DNA of 63,822 bases, the filler included, from Octopus bimaculoides (lineage: Eukaryota), in assembly GCF_001194135.2 (NCBI RefSeq). It is 9 parts of 9 records of this genome, joined end to end, with 100 filler letters (N's around TTAATTAATTAA, not from the genome) between each part and the next. Parts side by side here need not be neighbours in the genome. Positions count along the whole stretch, not along the records: positions 53,385 to 58,800 come from NC_068991.1; positions 58,901 to 61,043 come from NW_026358374.1; positions 61,144 to 62,564 come from NW_026390257.1; positions 62,665 to 63,822 come from NC_069006.1; 5 more parts are not named here. One strand, written 5' to 3'. Both the position numbers and the translations under genes were made by a program. Positions 58,155 to 63,822 of the stretch are shown piece by piece (the stretch's first letter is position 1; each line of letters opens with the position of its first letter). Under the pieces are notes generated by a model. That model searched no databases. It was given only the letters and a program-made list of their open reading frames with translations, and was not told the origin of the DNA.

Positions 58155-58290
58155 CAGAGGCGGGCACCGTTAATCGAAAAGTTAACTTCGTTAATCATTA
58201 ATCCGATAACCAAGAAGTTAACTTCGTTAATCGTTGATCCTTTAATTATTTGATTAACGTTGATCTGTTAACACTAACTTTTATTGAAAA
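58155..58290 (+). mobile_element. Possible hAT-like transposon end with subterminal repeats
   Basis: It starts CAGAGGCGGGCA, resembling the hAT terminus CAGGGGTGGGCA. It then has two aagttaacttcgttaatc copies and many gttaa motifs. Confidence 0.45.
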
Positions 58291-58917
58291 AGGTATAACT
58301 ACAGTTTAATACCCCACCGACTTTCTTGCCTCATAACTTCCAGAAAAATGGATACTTTTTAACGAAACTTTCACCAAATAATCGCTTATACCCTGTAGAT
58401 TGAGTGTACGTAAAGATTTGTTGGAAAGATTTTCCGAGGGGTTGGGGAGAGGAGTTTCGGAAAATTCACAGGACCTGACATTTTCCCTCTTATAACTTTC
58501 TGGAAAATAGGTATTTTTTAATGAAATTTTATGTAAATACCTTTCAAACAGTCTCAATTATGATTACAAAGAAATTTGTAGGCAAAATGTTTGGAAGGGG
58601 GCGCGGGGGATGGGAGTTCCTGGAAAACGGAGTTTCCGATCAGAGGGCCCACTTAAGTTAGAATTTCTCCGTTTTGACAGGGATTTTTTCCAATGTATTT
58701 CACCAAAGCCTTCAAAATGATGGGACGCATCTTTTCATGAAAAAAAAGAAAACAATTTTGAAAATTTTTTTTACTCCCGCCACCCACTCACCATCCTAGT
58801 NNNNNNNNNNNNNNNNNNNNNNNNNNNNNNNNNNNNNNNNNNNNTTAATTAATTAANNNNNNNNNNNNNNNNNNNNNNNNNNNNNNNNNNNNNNNNNNNN
58901 CTATATATATCTGTGTG

Positions 58918-58966
<49 letters not shown>

Positions 58967-59394
58967 TGGCTTAGGAGACTGACAAGTGTCAAGATGGTGT
59001 ACTAGAATAGACGTGTCCAGACCATGCAAGCATGGAAAAACAACCATGAAAGAAATGAAACAACGAAGATAATGATACACACATGCATGCATGCACGCAC
59101 GCACGCACACATACTCTTATCTAAACCTTGCATTGTTATTTGTGCGATAGTCCTAGATGGTTGTTGAATGCCATCTTGGTTATCTCTCGAAAACACCTGT
59201 CAACACACGCACACACATATATATACATACATACATGGATATATACATATACATACATGTGCACCATATACATACATACACACATACATATATATACATA
59301 CATACACATATATACATATATTTACATAGATACATAAATATGTCCACATATACTTATATACATCTACTTATATATCTATCTATCTATCTATCTA

Positions 59395-59437
<43 letters not shown>

Positions 59438-59954
59438 NNNNNNNNNNNNNNNNNNNNNNNNNNNNNNNNNNNNNNNNNNNNNNNNNNNNNNNNNNNNNNN
59501 NNNNNNNNNNNNNNNNNNNNNNNNNNNNNNNNNNNNNNNNNNNNNNNNNNNNNNNNNNNNNNNNNNNNNNNNNNNNNNNNNNNNNNNNNNNNNNNNNNNN
59601 NNNNNNNNNNNNNNNNNNNNNNNNNNNNNNNNNNNNNNNNNNNNNNNNNNNNNNNNNNNNNNNNNNNNNNNNNNNNNNNNNNNCACTGTGTGGCACTTTG
59701 GGCAAGTGTCTTCTAAAGAAGTTCCTGGTTTTGTCAATTTTCATGTCACACCGGCGAAAGCCTTCTTGGCCCAATAGGTGGGGGTAGTGCAGTGCAAGCT
59801 ACACCCACTGAAAATTATTCATCTGCACAAGTACTTCCTGTACTTCAAATCTTAGTAAAATCATTGAATTGGTTGGTTGGCAGAAACCTAAAAATGCATG
59901 TGTAACTTATTTTAAAATGTCTGAAGCAAATTCAGTAAATGGCAAAAAAGGCTT

Positions 59955-60412
59955 AGGAACATCAGGGGAATAGGTCTGGCCCAGCAGGTGTCCCAGTGTA
60001 TCACAGGCTGGACCCGGTCGTCATCCTGCCACTGTGGTCAAACAGTCCTCAAGGAAAAGTAAAAATAAACATCATTTGAATTTCAGCTGTTGGAATGTGC
60101 GCACACTTCTTGATTATAATTTCAACAAGAGGCCAGAAAGGCGTACTGCACTTATTGCATGTGAGCTAAAGAAATATTCCCTTGATATAGTTGCGCTCTC
60201 TCAAATGCGTCTCTCTGGTGAGGGTCAAGTAAATGAACCTACTTATGGATATACTATCTTTCGGAGAGGCCTTCCTAAGGGTTAGTGTAGAGAATCTGGT
60301 GTTGGGTTTGCTCTCAAGAATACATTAGTATCCTCCATTGCAGAGCTTCCAAGTGGTATATCTGACCGGATCATGTCATGCCGTATTAAACTGACAAAAG
60401 CTAGGTTTCTTA
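59955..60412 (+). mobile_element. RTE-clade LINE 5' fragment (APE endonuclease)
   Basis: It reads LNFSCWNVRTLLD...RPERRTALIACELKKYSLDIVALSQMRLSGEGQVNEPTYGYTIF..GLPKG*CRESGVGFALKNTLV...GISDRIMSCRIKL. WNVRT, RTALIA.EL and GVGFA are RTE/BovB APE motifs. Confidence 0.92.
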
Positions 60413-61909
60413 CCTAAAGGATGAAAGACAAAATCGACCTCGGCGGAATTTGAACTCAGAACGTAACGGAATTTGAACTCAGAAATACCACTAAGCGTTT
60501 CGTCCGATGTGCTAACGTTTCTGCCAGCTCTTCGCCATCCACTATCCATTATTCTTTATCTCACCTTCCCACCGCCACTCTCTCTCTCTCTATGTCCCTT
60601 CTTTTCCGTACACTTTCTCTTTCTATCTGTCCTTCACCTTAACTCTCCGGTTTCTCTTTCTTTTTCTTACACTATATCTATATCCCTCTCTCTCTCTTTT
60701 TCACTCTATCCCTCTTGACTCTCTCATTTTCTGTACCTATCTCTCTATATATAACTCTCTCTCCCTCTCTCTTTCTATCTACCTATCTATCTATCCATCA
60801 ATCTATCTATCTTTCTACCTGTCTCTCTTTTTCTCACCTCTCACAAAATATCTACATCCCTCTTTCTCTATAACTCTCTCTCTCTCTCTCTCTTTTCTCA
60901 TTTCCTCATCTTTCACAATATATCTATATCTATCTCCTTTCTCCATCTCTCGTTCTCTCTCATCCGCCCTCCCCACTCCTCCCTCCACCTACCCCCCACC
61001 TGTTCATCTCCGCCACCACCATTACCAGTTACTCCCCGCCACCNNNNNNNNNNNNNNNNNNNNNNNNNNNNNNNNNNNNNNNNNNNNTTAATTAATTAAN
61101 NNNNNNNNNNNNNNNNNNNNNNNNNNNNNNNNNNNNNNNNNNNTATATATATATATATATGCATATATACGTACATATACATCTGTGCGTGTGTGTGTGT
61201 GTAAAAAAAAGATTTGTTTACAAAGATAAAACGTTTGTATAGAAACAGGTGGACTGATTTTAGCGATAGTGGTGGTGGCCACGTTGGTGATGACGTATAG
61301 AGAGAGAGAAAGAATGTAGCAATGAATAGGAGTTGCCGGAGAGATATTGTTCAGTGTGTGGTTATTTGAGACAGGTAGTCTCAGTCTACTCGCTAACACA
61401 CACGCTACAATATATACACATATACATTTAATGAAACATACATTCAAACTACAACATACATACACATATACACACATACATCATATACCATGACATTACA
61501 ACATACATACTTACACATACAGATGTTTAAACAAAGATACACGCAGAGGACAAAGTAACACCTACACGTTTATAATCTTCGTCCTGGTATTTCATAATTG
61601 TGTAGCGACCGTTGCAGAAGTTACAAATATCTCTCTGCTGTTTAAATATTCTGAACATTCAAGAGACTGAAAATCTTCATGCTGAAATCGAAACACTTTG
61701 AATTAAGTGAATATTAATTGATAATTACTGTAATTAACAATATACTAACACATTCATATAGCAAAACATTTATTAGAGCTATTTCAAACCTAAATATATC
61801 TCTATGATAAATTGTTTTATGTTCCGGCAGTATTTTATAGACTAGAAACTTTTAAAACATTTTACAAGCCTTAAATTACAAGTAAAACATTTCATTTCCA
61901 TTTACAGAA

Positions 61910-62215
61910 TCTATATATATAAAAATGAGAATGTGTGTCTGTCTGTCTGTATGTCTGTCTGTCTGTCTGTCTGTCCGTCTCTGTGAATCCCTAAAACTCG
62001 AGAACTACTCAACCAATTTCATTCAAATTTTACACATGCCTTACTTAGGGATCCAGTTGTGTTTTAGTCAAAAAAGTTTTTTAACTTCTTGCAGAGTTCG
62101 AGCACACGGCAACATAATATCTCCTCCACTATTTAAGTATTACGTGTCAAAAGTGAAACAAAAACACTCATGTCAAATACTTTCACTTTAAAAATGAAAC
62201 TATTCCACTAACTGA
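61910..62215 (+). mobile_element. Non-autonomous Helitron-like element, 5' part (copy 2)
   Basis: It has the same A|TCtatatatataaaaatgagaatg start as 13675, a longer (CTGT)n tract and an extra ~35 bp relative to copy 1. Confidence 0.6.
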
Positions 62216-62223
62216 AACAATCA

Positions 62224-62283
62224 CATTTCGATACTGTAATGACAGATACTTTCACAGAGAGGGAAAGAGAGAAAGAGAGAGAC

Positions 62284-62338
<55 letters not shown>

Positions 62339-62565
62339 TATATGTATACATATACATGTATATNNNNNNNNNNAGAGAGAGAGAGAGAGAGAGAGAGATG
62401 TATATGTATACATATACATGTATATGTATACATATACATGTATATGTATACATATGCATGTATATGTACACCATTTCGATAATGTAATGGCAGATACTTT
62501 CAGAGAGAAAGAAAGAGAGAGAGAGAGAGATGTATAAGTATACATATAGATGTATATGTACACGN
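62224..62565. repeat. Compound ~248-bp tandem unit with (GA)n and palindromic 20-mers
   Basis: catttcgata.tgtaatg.cagatactttca occurs at 62224 and 62472. Each copy is followed by (GA)n and then tgtatatgtatacatataca-type repeats. Confidence 0.75.
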
Positions 62566-63211
62566 NNNNNNNNNNNNNNNNNNNNNNNNNNNNNNNNNNN
62601 NNNNNNNNTTAATTAATTAANNNNNNNNNNNNNNNNNNNNNNNNNNNNNNNNNNNNNNNNNNNNTATATATATAATTAACATGATATGGTAAAAATTCGA
62701 TATTAATTAATATCAATTTAATACCAGGAAACTAGCACATTAGAAGAATCAGAAGGTTCATGAAAAAAACTTTTTGAGATCCTAAAAGGATTATAGTACT
62801 TGTGTATATAAGATTGACCAGTAACTGGTCTGTCAATATGCTAGAAGAAGATCACTTTAAAAATTCTCAAATAAGGATTCAGCGGAGCAAAAACAGGCGG
62901 GCGAGACCAGTGAAAATTATACATACCTCGGTTATATGTAGACTATAGTTTCAAAATCAACACTTCCAAATTAAAGTGTTTGCAGACACAGGACAATATG
63001 TCCTGTCCTCTTAGTTGAAAAATAAACAGGTAAATTGACATAATACAATGTCTGCGAGTTGATGAGTACCACATATTCCCCCTCCATTTTCTTATTGCTA
63101 TATAAATTAAGGGTCAAATTTCCTTTTACCCGCACCCATGTATCACACTCGGTAAAAACATTAGTGTAATAGTAATTGGGTATCCTTCCGGCAGTATATT
63201 GNNNNNNNNNN

Positions 63212-63365
63212 GTCTCTCTGGTGAGGGTCAAGTAATTGAATCTACTTATGGATATACTATCCTTTGGAGAGGCTTACCTAAGGGTCAGCGTAGAGAATCT
63301 GGTGTTGGGTATGCTCTCAAGAACACATTAGTATCCTTTATTTCACAGCTTCCAGTTGGTATATC
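63212..63365 (+). mobile_element. Second RTE APE fragment
   Basis: LSGEGQVIESTYGYTILWRGLPKGQRRESGVGYALKNTLVSFISQLPVGIS is homologous to 60209-60362. Confidence 0.9.
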
Positions 63366-63822
63366 CCTTCCCAGTCCCACCATACGCACAACATCGTTTT
63401 ATGCGGATGAAAATCTTGTTTCACGCGCGGTGTCGTTTGTTTACCAGGGCTAAGCCATTCCTTACGTTGCTTCATATTGATGTACAGGCACCATTTTTCG
63501 TCGCCAGTAACGATTCGGTAAAGAAGTCGTTGCGTGACGAGCAAGCAAACCAGCGGAGATTGTGGCTCGTTGATTTTTGTTGTTGTCACTTAAGGCATGC
63601 GTAACCCTTGCTCTATACTTCTGAACTTTTCCCATCGAGTGAAGATGCTTCTCTATAGCAGTGTGGAAGCATTCCATTTTCTCTGCCAGTTCCCTTGTCG
63701 TTTAACGAGAATTTTCGTGCAAAAGTTGGTTTAATCGCTCTTCATCGAACTCAGCTGGATGGCCAAAACGAGGTGCGTCTTTGAGGTAAAAATTTCCATT
63801 TTTGAACTTGGCATACCAATCA
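63366..63822 (-). mobile_element. Mariner transposase fragment (continues beyond the window)
   Basis: The minus frames give KVQKYRARVTHALSDNNKNQRATISAGLL and LYRIVTGDEKWCLYINMKQRKEWLSPGK...FHPHKTMLCVWWDWEG. These carry the mariner ITGDEKW and LCVWWD motifs. Confidence 0.93.

Overview
This is repeat-saturated, AT-rich eukaryotic genomic DNA from a gapped draft assembly, not prokaryotic DNA. The SINE heads, mariner/Tc1, R4/Dong, Penelope and RTE remnants and extreme microsatellite load look like an octopod cephalopod genome; that is inference from pattern recognition, not a database hit. I found no CRISPR array, rRNA, intact tRNA, operon or complete protein-coding gene. Almost every ORF in the supplied track is an artefact of microsatellites, N-runs or SINEs. 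The sequence supports five kinds of content: (1) about 25 copies or fragments of several short interspersed repeat (SINE-like) families; (2) decayed DNA transposons (mariner, Tc1-like, possible hAT, Helitron/HINE-like); (3) decayed retrotransposons (four R4/Dong-like RLE fragments, three Penelope-like fragments, two RTE 5' fragments); (4) eight 100-bp gap placeholders (N44-TTAATTAATTAA-N44); (5) a few short + strand exon candidates with good splice signals, best at 34108-34177, which joins in phase to 39000-39051. The most notable structures are a 252-bp foldback element (2969-3220), an inverted pair of mariner left ends (19768-20631), a roughly 6-kb trinucleotide-dominated repeat field (39517-45800) and a 41-codon signal-peptide-like ORF with a C-x4-C motif (38892-39017, probably chance). 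I cannot support a claim of a new biological system; the findings are leads only.
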